Shown one piece after another: positions 1 to 9,716 of a stretch of 64,000 nt of DNA. Numbering within the stretch: position 1 is the stretch's first letter; every line of letters begins with the position of its first letter. A program made the position numbers and the translations under genes. Location: sequence record MF327009; one strand, given 5' to 3'. This DNA comes from Shigella phage Sf25. Under the pieces are notes generated by a model. The model had not been told where the DNA came from. It saw nothing but the letters and a program-made list of their open reading frames with translations, and did no database searches.

Positions 1-25
1 TACCACATCCTTGTGGTAAAGTAAA

Positions 26-1846
26 CTACTGGCTCATCCATTCTTTACGAAGGTCAGCATTATCTCCCATGAGCATTTCAAAAAGCTCTTTCCAGTTCTC
101 AGGAAGTTTAACAACATCATATACTGGGTTTTGAATCATCTCACGATATTCAGATTTTTCCAAAGAGCCAAGTCCCTTAATATAACGGATGCTATGTTTA
201 GGTAGAGCATCTTTGGCACTCTCATATTCAGCAACTGTATAAAACCATTCTTGTTTTTTACCGACCTGAGCGATGATTACAGGAGTTTTGACGAAGCGAA
301 TTCTTCCTTGTTCAAACAGTTCTGGCCAATTACTAAAAAATCCGAGCAGAGAAGGATAAATGCTTCCTAGACCATCATGGTCAGCGTCAGTCATAATGGC
401 AATATTATGATAATTTAAGTTTTCAGCCTTTTCACCAAGAACTAATCCAGTGATTGCGCAAATATCAAACAGTTCTTTATTTTTAAGCATATCAGCATAT
501 GACATACCCCAACTGTTGAGAACTTTACCACGTAATGGATAACCACCATGAAGTTCTTTATCACGAACATCAATAAGATATCCGATAGCAGAATCACCCT
601 CAGTCAAGAAAAGAGTCGTGTCAGCATCTTTACCACAAAGATTCGCTTTAATATGTTTATGAACCTTAGCTTTAGAAGCCTTTTTAGCTGCTTTAGTTTC
701 TGCTGCTTTTTCTGCCGCCAATTTACGAGCCAAGGCAGCTTCAATAATTGGCATTAAAATTGCTTCATTATTTAAAATAGCACGTGAAATCTTTTTAGCA
801 TCAAGCTGAATATGACTACGGATTTCACCAAATGGAGAAGTCAGACGCTCTTTAGTTTGAGAATCAAATCGCATGTTTTTCATATCGCGAACAAACATAA
901 CGATAGTCAAACATTCTTTAACACGTGCTTTAGTTACGTCAATTTTAAATTTACGTTTGATTTGTGGAATAAGGTCTTCACAAATATCATCCATAACACA
1001 GTCAATATGATGACCACCATTCTTAGTATGAATGTTATTGACGTATGTTAATTGACGAAAACCATCCGGTGAACGACCAACCGCAATAGAACAATTTTCT
1101 TGTTCTTGAACAATAGCATGTTCATCATATTGGCGTGCATATTTCTTAAAATTGCCCTGAACCTTTTTACCATTAAAGGTAAATTGAATATCAGGATAAA
1201 CAACAGCAAGTGTCTGGAGACGATCTAATGTAATGTCAAGATAAACTTGGGACAGCTCATTAGTTTCAAATGACATAAAATCAGGAATGAAAGTAACACG
1301 AGTTCCTTTCCATTTTCCAGGAATATCTTCCCATGATTTATTTTCCATGCCATTTGAACAACGAACTACAATATTATTTTGACCGTCGCCAGTTTCACCG
1401 ACAAACATAACAGAAAAAATGTTAGTTAAACTAGAGCCAACACCGTTCATACCGCCAGTGACGCGTTCTTTATCATCGCCGAAGTTACCACCTGCTTTTG
1501 GAATAGTCCAGGCGGCAACAGGACCAGGAATTTCTTCACCAGTAGGTGTTTTAACCATCGCTTGTGGAATACCACGACCGTTATCTTCAACTGTTACTTG
1601 ATTGTTTTTAATAGTAACGTTAATTTTATTTGCGAATTTAAACTTAGTACGAATACCTTCATCTACTGAGTTATCGATAATTTCATCAATAAGCTTAACA
1701 AGACCAGGTACATACTGAACACTTTCCCATTTACCAAACAGAAAGCGCTCATGCATTTCATTAGCTGAAGAGCCAATGTACATGCCGCTACGCTTTTTGA
1801 TATGTTCAATATCGCTCAGAATTTTAATTTCATTCTTAATCATCAC
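26..1846 (-). CDS. 39: DNA topoisomerase II large subunit, continuous 39+60-type ORF (606 aa)
   Basis: GyrB/GHKL ATPase-like N-terminus (EDNGRGIP) and toprim-like C-terminal part in one uninterrupted ORF, as in T2/T6 rather than the split 39/60 of T4. Confidence 0.9.
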   Translation of the reverse strand: MMIKNEIKILSDIEHIKKRSGMYIGSSANEMHERFLFGKWESVQYVPGLVKLIDEIIDNSVDEGIRTKFKFANKINVTIKNNQVTVEDNGRGIPQAMVKTPTGEEIPGPVAAWTIPKAGGNFGDDKERVTGGMNGVGSSLTNIFSVMFVGETGDGQNNIVVRCSNGMENKSWEDIPGKWKGTRVTFIPDFMSFETNELSQVYLDITLDRLQTLAVVYPDIQFTFNGKKVQGNFKKYARQYDEHAIVQEQENCSIAVGRSPDGFRQLTYVNNIHTKNGGHHIDCVMDDICEDLIPQIKRKFKIDVTKARVKECLTIVMFVRDMKNMRFDSQTKERLTSPFGEIRSHIQLDAKKISRAILNNEAILMPIIEAALARKLAAEKAAETKAAKKASKAKVHKHIKANLCGKDADTTLFLTEGDSAIGYLIDVRDKELHGGYPLRGKVLNSWGMSYADMLKNKELFDICAITGLVLGEKAENLNYHNIAIMTDADHDGLGSIYPSLLGFFSNWPELFEQGRIRFVKTPVIIAQVGKKQEWFYTVAEYESAKDALPKHSIRYIKGLGSLEKSEYREMIQNPVYDVVKLPENWKELFEMLMGDNADLRKEWMSQ

Positions 1847-1912
1847 TTATCCTCGTTTGGTTTCGGGAATATTATACTCCGGTAATCATAAAGCTAAAGG
1901 CCCGAAGGCCTT

Positions 1913-2182
1913 TTATTTAAAACGAATAGTTGAATCCTTAAAGAACAGCCCAGAACATACTGTTCCTTCTACTTTCTGCCCGGTAGGTCCAATAGCACGA
2001 AATCCAGTGTGTTGGAAATCATTTTCAGAGCAACCGAACCAATTGTATCCAGTGATTTCAATATTAGTAAAACCACTTGATGATAAAATTTTAGTTGCAT
2101 TATCAGCATCAGTACATCCTACTAAAGATACTGCTAATACTAATGCTGCGATAGAACGATTAATATATTTCATAATTTTCAC
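1913..2182 (-). CDS. small secreted lipoprotein, function unknown
   Basis: N-terminal signal peptide with lipobox (LVGC); 89 aa. Confidence 0.5.
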   Translation of the reverse strand: MKIMKYINRSIAALVLAVSLVGCTDADNATKILSSSGFTNIEITGYNWFGCSENDFQHTGFRAIGPTGQKVEGTVCSGLFFKDSTIRFK

Positions 2183-2550
2183 TTAAATTTAATGGCTTGA
2201 AGAAGACTAATAATTCTCAAACGGCTTCTTTCATCTTTAACTGTAAAAGAAAGAGGGTCGCCAGATTTCATGGTAATAGTGCATTCAAAATCAAAATCTT
2301 CTGTGACTTCTTCGAAGAAGTCAAATTCTTCATCATAAATTAGAACACTACTTTGCAGACTGTGAAGAGTTTTTCCAGCATTTCCAGATGCTGTACCAAT
2401 CATTGTAACATTATGACCTTTCATATCTTCAACGATAAATTCACTAGTCAATATTACAGCATTAATAGAACTATTCCTATTACTAGCAGAAAGTAGAAAT
2501 TTCTGTTCTTCACCTTCGCGAATACGATATTTCTTACCCATTTTAAACAT
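2179..2550 (-). CDS. hypothetical protein
   Basis: ORF track; start/stop coupling with neighbours on minus strand; no recognisable motif. Confidence 0.4.
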   Translation of the reverse strand: MFKMGKKYRIREGEEQKFLLSASNRNSSINAVILTSEFIVEDMKGHNVTMIGTASGNAGKTLHSLQSSVLIYDEEFDFFEEVTEDFDFECTITMKSGDPLSFTVKDERSRLRIISLLQAIKFK

Positions 2551-2552
2551 AA

Positions 2553-2729
2553 TTATCCCTTAAGTAAGTCGTAAAATCCGCCATTCACATGCTTAGGAGC
2601 AGAAGGCCGACGAGTAGACAAACGATGACATTTAGGGCAAACATCATTTTCTCGTTCAGAAATCTTTTTAATTTTTTCATATTCATGCCCGCAATCTTCG
2701 GATTGGCATTTATAATCATACATCGGCAT
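2553..2729 (-). CDS. small zinc-ribbon protein (about 58 aa), below ORF-track cutoff
   Basis: Own translation: MPMYDYKCQSEDCGHEYEK...VCPKCHRL, two CxxC pairs; fills the gap between flanking ORFs. Confidence 0.35.
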   Translation of the reverse strand: MPMYDYKCQSEDCGHEYEKIKKISERENDVCPKCHRLSTRRPSAPKHVNGGFYDLLKG

Positions 2730-2731
2730 AA

Positions 2732-3145
2732 TTATTCCTTAAAATGTGCTTTCAGCATTTGATACAAGGACCATGCCTGTTCATTACTTTCAATAGTAAC
2801 TTTCATTATCGGGAATTCTGTAAAATCTTCTATCTGTTCCTGCTCTTCCTGCTCTTCGGCTGCCTGGTATGGATTTTCCACTTCATCAAAGAACTCAGCT
2901 TCGCTCGTTGAAAGCCAGATAAAATCTTCATCCAAAATATCTTTACCAGAAGATAATGCCAATTTTCCACTAGATGTCACAAGTTTAGTAGGACGACCAA
3001 GATAGTCAATATCTGTAACTCTAAAAGGTTCCATACCAAGACGTCGTGCATAAATTCCGTTTTCAGTATGGTCCTTGATAAAATCTTCTTGAGCTTGTTT
3101 ATTTTTAAATTGATACCATTTATTAACTTCAAATTTAATAGCCAT
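2732..3145 (-). CDS. hypothetical acidic protein
   Basis: ORF track; acidic EEQEEQEQ stretch; position between 39 and dexA. Confidence 0.45.
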   Translation of the reverse strand: MAIKFEVNKWYQFKNKQAQEDFIKDHTENGIYARRLGMEPFRVTDIDYLGRPTKLVTSSGKLALSSGKDILDEDFIWLSTSEAEFFDEVENPYQAAEEQEEQEQIEDFTEFPIMKVTIESNEQAWSLYQMLKAHFKE

Positions 3146-3393
3146 TAATAAATTTCCTTCCAGTAAGTTGTACCGTCTTCAGTGATTTCGCGAAATACAC
3201 CGTAAATTGGTTGTTTATCACCGACTTTTTCATACACATAAACCGAAGTCAAGTGAGTGAACTTGTTGGTATGCTCTTTTTGAACTACTACCAAATTTGG
3301 GTCGAATAATACATCTTCAAATTCGTCATTAGTGCAATTCTGAACAATTTTACGTTTCATTACAATTTCCTCATTAATTGAACAGCGGAGCAA
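3145..3393 (-). CDS. hypothetical protein
   Basis: ORF track; overlapping start/stop with neighbour. Confidence 0.4.
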   Translation of the reverse strand: MLRCSINEEIVMKRKIVQNCTNDEFEDVLFDPNLVVVQKEHTNKFTHLTSVYVYEKVGDKQPIYGVFREITEDGTTYWKEIY

Positions 3394-3700
3394 TACGTTT
3401 CAGAAGAGTAGCAGCACCTTTAGCGAATTTTACATCATGGAAAACGGTTTCTTCTTCTGTAACAACTCGAGCTTTAATATTTTCACAATCAAAGTGTTTG
3501 CGAACAATCTTCAAAAGCTGTAATAAATCTTTACATTCAGCAATATCAATAACATATCCACGGGAATCTTCCATTATCGCACGATAACCGTAAGCCATAC
3601 CATAATCGTTGAAAGATTGCTCGATGATAATTAAATTTTCCATTTTATTCTCCAAGTTTTTCTGTATCAGTAGTTGATATTGATATAGTACCATAATCAA
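3374..3700 (-). CDS. hypothetical protein
   Basis: ORF track; promoter-like AT-rich region just upstream (3700-3750). Confidence 0.4.
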   Translation of the reverse strand: MIMVLYQYQLLIQKNLENKMENLIIIEQSFNDYGMAYGYRAIMEDSRGYVIDIAECKDLLQLLKIVRKHFDCENIKARVVTEEETVFHDVKFAKGAATLLKRIAPLFN

Positions 3701-3747
3701 CTACTGATGTATATAGTTTTATGAAAAATTTTAAACTTTATGCAAAT

Positions 3748-4167
3748 TTATGCTAAAGCTGCTTCGCACCATTTTTTAATTTGGAATTCAGGAACTACCA
3801 TGAACTGGCCTGCAAAAACAATATTGTAGAGCTTGACACCATCTTCTACCCAACGGTCAGAAATAAAACCAGCGACTTGATTCGTTGTCCATGGAGTTCC
3901 ATCTGTTGCTGCCGCAATTGTGAATTTATGGTCTTTTACAACTAAAACTGAAGAACAAAGTTTCCATTTAAATGCGCTTTCTTCTGGCTCAATGAATTGG
4001 CTTGAGACGTAACCAATGTTACCATCGGCGTCACGAACTTTAACCTCGTTACGACCAAAAACTGGATCACTTACAGAAAGAACTTCAACCAGCTTTCCTG
4101 CAACTTTAGAACGAGAAGCAACGGATACATATACGTAATCACCAATAGAGAGATTTACAATATTCAT
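3748..4167 (-). CDS. hypothetical protein, member of a 3-gene paralogous family
   Basis: Shares C-terminal block (W.TDQWIEDG.KLYNIVF.G.F.VVPE) with ORFs 4177..4695 and 4723..5223. Confidence 0.5.
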   Translation of the reverse strand: MNIVNLSIGDYVYVSVASRSKVAGKLVEVLSVSDPVFGRNEVKVRDADGNIGYVSSQFIEPEESAFKWKLCSSVLVVKDHKFTIAAATDGTPWTTNQVAGFISDRWVEDGVKLYNIVFAGQFMVVPEFQIKKWCEAALA

Positions 4168-4176
4168 AATAATTCC

Positions 4177-4695
4177 TTAAGCTTTACGAGGAGAAACATA
4201 ACGAGTGATTTCAGATTCTTCAACAACTCGGAAGTCACCTAAAAATACAATATTGTATAGCTTTTTACCGTCTTCAATCCATTGGTCTGTGATGAAGCCA
4301 CACATCCTATCAGTTTTACTTGGACCAGCGAAATCATCAATATAATCAAATTCTTCATCAGTTACAAATTCAACGCCTTTACACAACGCCCATTTAAATT
4401 GTGCATTAGACTCAGTGGATTCAACTTCTTCAACAGAAGCAAAATGAGCGCTAACATGAGTTTCCAAAAATTTAGGACTTACGTAAGCGTACTGAGTTTC
4501 AGTTTTTCCAGAACTAGGAATGATTCGAACTTTAACTTCTTTAACACGACCAGTACCATTAGTACGAAGTCCTACCACTTCAACTAGACGACCTGCAGCT
4601 TTAGAACGAGATGCAGACGATACACGCTTAATTTCACCAATAGTAATCATAATTTTTCTCTCTTTGTTGTTAAGATTTATACTCCACAGGACCAT
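4177..4695 (-). CDS. hypothetical protein, paralogous family member
   Basis: Conserved motif FITDQWIEDGKKLYNIVFLGDFRVV shared with neighbours. Confidence 0.5.
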   Translation of the reverse strand: MVLWSINLNNKERKIMITIGEIKRVSSASRSKAAGRLVEVVGLRTNGTGRVKEVKVRIIPSSGKTETQYAYVSPKFLETHVSAHFASVEEVESTESNAQFKWALCKGVEFVTDEEFDYIDDFAGPSKTDRMCGFITDQWIEDGKKLYNIVFLGDFRVVEESEITRYVSPRKA

Positions 4696-4722
4696 TATAC
4701 TCTGGTCCCAAGAGTTTGTAAA

Positions 4723-5223
4723 CTAGTTTACATGAACATTAATCATTGCGCTGCGAGGAACTACGGAATACTCTCCAGCATGAACTACGTTCAGAAGTTC
4801 AACACCATTTTCAATCCATTGGTCAGTTACCCATCCATTTACTGGACCAGCGAATGGGCGTCGAATTGAAACATATTTACACAGCAGATCTGTAGGATCT
4901 GGAATTTTTTCAACTGGTGTTACATACATAGAAACTAAATCCATATCAATATGGGATTTTTCCTGTTCTTCTTTTTCAATTTCTGTCAATAAATTAAAAT
5001 CTTCTTCATAGATGATTAATGATGATACCTTTCCATAATAGTTTCTAATTTCCATGTACATCATACCAATGAGAATTCCATTATTAACACTAATAACAGT
5101 AAAAGGATATCCGCCAGTTGTACTAAGAAGTTCCCAAAACTTGCTATCAGTCGTATTCGACGTTGTCTGGAAATCAATTTCAGACGGTTTTTTCATTTGA
5201 TACGCAGCATTAATTTTAATCAT
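4723..5223 (-). CDS. hypothetical protein, paralogous family member
   Basis: Conserved motif WVTDQWIENGVELLNVVHAGEYSVVP shared with neighbours. Confidence 0.5.
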   Translation of the reverse strand: MIKINAAYQMKKPSEIDFQTTSNTTDSKFWELLSTTGGYPFTVISVNNGILIGMMYMEIRNYYGKVSSLIIYEEDFNLLTEIEKEEQEKSHIDMDLVSMYVTPVEKIPDPTDLLCKYVSIRRPFAGPVNGWVTDQWIENGVELLNVVHAGEYSVVPRSAMINVHVN

Positions 5224-5232
5224 ATTTTTCCC

Positions 5233-5775
5233 TTAATCTAAGGTAATAAAGCCTTTTAATTCGGCATGGGATTTACGGAACATTACTTGATGCCCACCAA
5301 TGATAACTTTATCTTCAGGAACTTCATATATAGCGAGATAAAATCCTTTAGAAGATAATTCTTCACGCTCTTCTCGTGTGAACCATCTCATCATATCATA
5401 TTCACTAGCAAAAGCAAAATGATAAAGAGCTATAAACCATCCTGGAATATAGTGATCTACGCCTACATATTCTTCTTTCTCAAAATTAGTATTAATTGCT
5501 ATATTAGCATTTTTAACTAATAATTTGTCTTCACGCGGAACAGGAATTCTTTTATTATCATTACTATGGTGCATAAAATTAGGCCTGTCATAACCTACAC
5601 GTAATAACCACTCTTCACTCCATGAATCTATTATACTCCTGTACGGAGTTATTTGAACACAAAGATCTCGACGTATTGTTATAGCATCTTCATAATTAAG
5701 AATACTAAATGATGATTCAACACGATAAATTTTCATTTTATTATCCTCAGTAGCTATGGTGTTATAATACCACAA
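5233..5775 (-). CDS. hypothetical protein (true start probably the internal Met near 5736)
   Basis: ORF track; early-promoter-like site at about 5762-5793 overlaps the annotated N-terminus, SD GAGGA before the internal ATG. Confidence 0.45.
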   Translation of the reverse strand: MWYYNTIATEDNKMKIYRVESSFSILNYEDAITIRRDLCVQITPYRSIIDSWSEEWLLRVGYDRPNFMHHSNDNKRIPVPREDKLLVKNANIAINTNFEKEEYVGVDHYIPGWFIALYHFAFASEYDMMRWFTREEREELSSKGFYLAIYEVPEDKVIIGGHQVMFRKSHAELKGFITLD

Positions 5776-5799
5776 CTAACCGAGGAAGTAAACAACTTT

Positions 5800-6483
5800 T
5801 TATCGTTTAGTTGGAAGAGATAGAGGATCGCATTCTTCCTCTGATGGAGCGTCTTCTAGACCCATAGCATAGCGCAAAGCATACTTCATCATCAGGATGT
5901 CTTTCGCACAGTCATGAATAGAATCATGTGCAACGAATCCATCTAAAGTTCCCTTTGGAAGAGGACACGTGGTCATATCACGAACAAGCAGAAGTGCTTC
6001 AATTCTAGTACGAATGTCGCGTTGATTCCAGAATTTACAAGGTTCTAACTTAAATGTATCAAGTTCATTTTCAGAAACACCGTTGAAGCGCTGAATATCA
6101 CGAATAAGATCAACTAAAATTGGAAAATCAAATGACATTCCACGACACCAACCCTGAGATTTCCAAGGATCGATATTATGTGCATTGATGTAATCATTGA
6201 ATTTTGCAATACCATCAACGGTGCTTACATCTTCATCTGATGGTGCAATATTTTTTCTAGCTTCAGGCGATTGATTTTTCCACCATTCAATAGTGCTTTT
6301 AGTAAAAAGACGGTGTCCTTTTTGACTTTTTAAGTCAAATTTAATTTTAATGCCACGTGAAACTAGTTCATCGAATGTTTCAACAACTTCCGGGTTAGGG
6401 TCAAAAGCAATTACAGCCAAATCAATAACAGCTGCTTTTTCACCACTTCCCATCGTTTCAAAATCTATAATAAAATCAAACAT
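5800..6483 (-). CDS. dexA: exonuclease A (DexA), 227 aa
   Basis: Length and N-terminus (MFDFIIDFETMG, DEDD-type exonuclease start) match T4 DexA; conserved position upstream of dda. Confidence 0.85.
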   Translation of the reverse strand: MFDFIIDFETMGSGEKAAVIDLAVIAFDPNPEVVETFDELVSRGIKIKFDLKSQKGHRLFTKSTIEWWKNQSPEARKNIAPSDEDVSTVDGIAKFNDYINAHNIDPWKSQGWCRGMSFDFPILVDLIRDIQRFNGVSENELDTFKLEPCKFWNQRDIRTRIEALLLVRDMTTCPLPKGTLDGFVAHDSIHDCAKDILMMKYALRYAMGLEDAPSEEECDPLSLPTKR

Positions 6484-6758
6484 TAAATTTTCCTCGCTAA
6501 ATCGCGAATTTGACCTACAGTATAATCTTGGATATAAACTTTATTAATAGGCTCATCAATAAATTTTGCCATAGATTCAATATCTTTTTGTATCTCTTCA
6601 AGACTGTATACTATCTTTGAAGCTTTTTCGCGAATAGTAACATTATCAGGTCCTGGATTTTCTTGAATGACAGCTTTAACATTTGCCATAAGAGATTTAA
6701 ATTGGTACAAACTTAATTCAATCATTAATAACCGCCTTATAAAGATGGCTAATTTCAC
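6483..6758 (-). CDS. hypothetical protein (dexA.1 position)
   Basis: ORF track; overlapping start/stop. Confidence 0.4.
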   Translation of the reverse strand: MKLAIFIRRLLMIELSLYQFKSLMANVKAVIQENPGPDNVTIREKASKIVYSLEEIQKDIESMAKFIDEPINKVYIQDYTVGQIRDLARKI

Positions 6759-6978
6759 CTAAAACATAATCACTGATTGTAACAGTTTTCACTTCGCCAC
6801 AAAAGAATTCTAACGCAATTAAATCTCGTTCAATTTCTTCTAATTGAAGCATTAACTTGCCTGATTCAATTTTCACGTTTTTGCGATTTTTACTATAAGC
6901 TAATTCATAAATTTCACTTACTTTATCTTGAAGAAGATAAAATTGATCTTTAGTTATTTCCACGAATAGCTTCCTCAA
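6718..6978 (-). CDS. hypothetical protein (dexA.2 position)
   Basis: ORF track. Confidence 0.4.
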   Translation of the reverse strand: MRKLFVEITKDQFYLLQDKVSEIYELAYSKNRKNVKIESGKLMLQLEEIERDLIALEFFCGEVKTVTISDYVLGEISHLYKAVIND

Positions 6979-7210
6979 ATTTGATTAGTAATTTACAGAT
7001 ACTTTCATCTAATGAAATCGACGTATCCGTATTACTATGATAAGACTGTTTTTCAATTCGTTTAATTGCAAGTATAGTATCACTTATAAGATTAAGCTTA
7101 TAAAGGAGCTCAGCTCCTGTTACCATAACATCGAGATTATCTTGCTTATCGGTGTGCATCTTTATACCATCGATTAAGCGATTTAAATATTTTAAATTGA
7201 TGTTAATCAT
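6950..7210 (-). CDS. hypothetical protein
   Basis: ORF track; immediately downstream of dda. Confidence 0.4.
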   Translation of the reverse strand: MININLKYLNRLIDGIKMHTDKQDNLDVMVTGAELLYKLNLISDTILAIKRIEKQSYHSNTDTSISLDESICKLLIKFEEAIRGNN

Positions 7211-7216
7211 ATATCC

Positions 7217-8536
7217 TCACACATAAAATACATCATAACGACCACGAGTTACACCAACATAAAGAAGCTGCTGAGCTAGTTCAGCGTCTGCATAATGAAT
7301 GCAAGGCGTATAAATGAAAGCACGATCTACAGACATACCCTGAGCTTTATGAAATGTTGATGCAGGAAGTGCTTTCACTTTACTAAACTGTGATTTAGCA
7401 TCCCAAAAATCGCTCCAAGGTGCTTTTCCGCCTTTGTTCCAATTTTTATAAGTTTCTGCTGTTTTACCTAAAAATAGGTTAAACTTATACAATTCTTCAT
7501 CAGATGAAATTATTTTAATCTTTTCACGATAATATTCATCATCACCATAAGTTTCTACTGTTAAATCCCAATGACGAATTAGATATTCTCCAGGAACACC
7601 ACGAGCTTTAACAAACGTTGATGTATACTCTGCTTCTATAATACGAACTAACTGTCCATTGTTAAAAATAATTTCTGATACCGGTTTTCCGTCAATTTTA
7701 TATGTTTTAATTAACGGTTCTTGCATTACAATAATTTCACCAACAATAAAATCTTTATCAGTTTCAAAAATCTTTTTACGAATAATGCTATTTAACTTGT
7801 CAACGGATTTATTCGTAAATGCCATTACGCGATTTTCAAACAAATCATCTAGTGATTTAACGATTGAAAAATAATTTACCATAAAATCACGTAAAGCGGT
7901 ATCACCTGTAAATCCGCGTACTCCATGACCATCAATGATTTTATCATAAATCCATTTGCCATTACGAACATCAGTAGCTACATCAATAATAGGAGCATTA
8001 CTACGTTTAACTTCAGTAAGTTCACATTGATAAAAATCTTTATGCGTAAAGAATGGACTGATATAAGCAGTATTTTCTCCTGGATCAACAGGCCTAATTT
8101 GCTTATTATCGCCTATTCCAATTATAGTACACCACGGTGGGATAGTTGAAAGCAAAATTTTGAAGAGCTTTCTATCATACATTGATACTTCGTCACAGAT
8201 TAAAACTCGACATTTAGCTAAATCTGGTACTTCTTTTTGTTCAAAAAGAACGTTTTCTTCATACGTAACTGGGTTAATTTTAAGAATACTGTGAATAGTA
8301 CTCGCTTCTTTCCCTGACAGTTTTGAAAGAATCTTTTTAGCTGCATGAGTAGGAGCTGCTAAAATAATACCAGTTTCGCCTGTAGATATTAAAGCTTCAA
8401 TGATGAATTTTGTAAGAGTAGTCTTACCAGTACCAGCAGGTCCATTAATAGTTACATGATGTTTCTTTTCTTTAATAGCCCTCATAACGATGTTAAAGGC
8501 ATTTTTCTGGCCTTCTGTCAAATCATCAAATGTCAT
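7217..8536 (-). CDS. dda: Dda DNA helicase (SF1B), 439 aa
   Basis: Walker A GPAGTGKTT, SF1 helicase motifs, exact T4 Dda length. Confidence 0.9.
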   Translation of the reverse strand: MTFDDLTEGQKNAFNIVMRAIKEKKHHVTINGPAGTGKTTLTKFIIEALISTGETGIILAAPTHAAKKILSKLSGKEASTIHSILKINPVTYEENVLFEQKEVPDLAKCRVLICDEVSMYDRKLFKILLSTIPPWCTIIGIGDNKQIRPVDPGENTAYISPFFTHKDFYQCELTEVKRSNAPIIDVATDVRNGKWIYDKIIDGHGVRGFTGDTALRDFMVNYFSIVKSLDDLFENRVMAFTNKSVDKLNSIIRKKIFETDKDFIVGEIIVMQEPLIKTYKIDGKPVSEIIFNNGQLVRIIEAEYTSTFVKARGVPGEYLIRHWDLTVETYGDDEYYREKIKIISSDEELYKFNLFLGKTAETYKNWNKGGKAPWSDFWDAKSQFSKVKALPASTFHKAQGMSVDRAFIYTPCIHYADAELAQQLLYVGVTRGRYDVFYV

Positions 8537-8844
8537 CGGAAAGTCCCTGCAATTGGAATACTAACAATACGCCCAGTATCTAAAATTCGCTGATATAATC
8601 TTTGTGTGTCTACGTCAGGCTTAACATGTTTAACTTCTATTTTATTAAACCAAAACTTGCGTGGAGTCTCAACTAGTCTTGGAATTCCCATACCTAAAGC
8701 TAGTTTATATTGGTCTTTGAGAGTAGTAAAAACTCTATCAGCAATCTCTCTTTCAAAAAACACAGCAGGACGATGTTCATCAAGTGGAACTGGCGCCGTA
8801 AATCCGTCTTTGTCTCGGTAAACTATCGCATATACATAAACCAT
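8533..8844 (-). CDS. hypothetical protein (dda.1 position)
   Basis: ORF track; start overlaps dda. Confidence 0.45.
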   Translation of the reverse strand: MVYVYAIVYRDKDGFTAPVPLDEHRPAVFFEREIADRVFTTLKDQYKLALGMGIPRLVETPRKFWFNKIEVKHVKPDVDTQRLYQRILDTGRIVSIPIAGTFR

Positions 8845-8845
8845 A

Positions 8846-9592
8846 TTATCCTCGGATAAGTTTAAAAATTGAACAATTTAGCGGGTATCCTCTTTTCAGT
8901 TTAAGTTTATCAATAAAAGACAAGTTTTGATACCGCTCTACACCTTGAATAATTTTATCACACATATCATATTGCATTTCTGCTTCTGACAACTTTTTCA
9001 CAATTTTCCAATCCGAGCCTTTAAGAAGAACGTTCAGTTTAACAACTTCTGCGCCTTCTGCTATGCGAGAACCATCAATACGAGCTTTAAGTGCTATAAT
9101 CCTTAGCTTAATGTCAGAGGTCTGTTTTGATTTAGAAAGCTGAGAAATGTGTTCAATTCGATTTTCACGCTTTTTCTGTATAGCTTTAATTTGATTATAA
9201 GTCTTTTTGATTTTAGCCCATTTCTTTTCATCTAAATTTAGTTTATGAACTTTTTTCGCAGATGAACGACCAATTCGCAAAGCAAATAAATCCCGTTTTT
9301 CAATCAACTCTTCTAAAGTATAATCAGAACGAAATGTATTATACTTTTTCTTAACAGGGATAACATTTCCTTTAATATATCCAATGTCATTATTAAAACG
9401 TTCTAATGATAATTTCTCTCCTTCAATACGATTATCAAAAGGTTCTCCTGAATAGGCACAAACTTTTTGATCTAAAATGTTCTTAATGTAATTGAAGTCT
9501 AAGTTAAAATCTTTAGAACGTCTTTTTGCAGATGCCTGAGTGTGCTCTAAACGACGTTTAATTTTACGAATTTGGTTATTAGACAGTTTCAT
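8846..9592 (-). CDS. basic Lys/Arg-rich protein at the srd position
   Basis: 248 aa, very basic; position between dda.1 and modA-like matches T4 srd; weak degenerate HNH-like CxY..G..N..N stretch, not convincing. Confidence 0.4.
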   Translation of the reverse strand: MKLSNNQIRKIKRRLEHTQASAKRRSKDFNLDFNYIKNILDQKVCAYSGEPFDNRIEGEKLSLERFNNDIGYIKGNVIPVKKKYNTFRSDYTLEELIEKRDLFALRIGRSSAKKVHKLNLDEKKWAKIKKTYNQIKAIQKKRENRIEHISQLSKSKQTSDIKLRIIALKARIDGSRIAEGAEVVKLNVLLKGSDWKIVKKLSEAEMQYDMCDKIIQGVERYQNLSFIDKLKLKRGYPLNCSIFKLIRG

Positions 9593-9716
9593 ATTTTTCT
9601 CACATCTTACGGACGATTTAATACTTTATTACTATAACATTTTTACTTCAGATTGTAAACAACTTTATGCAAAATGCTTTAAAACTTTCATGGTATAATG
9701 AATCTAAGTCCTTCCA

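Noticed and set aside
8846-9592. HNH homing endonuclease call for the 248-aa basic ORF
   Set aside because: Only a degenerate CxY..G...N..N stretch without the catalytic His; position matches T4 srd, so left as a basic hypothetical protein.
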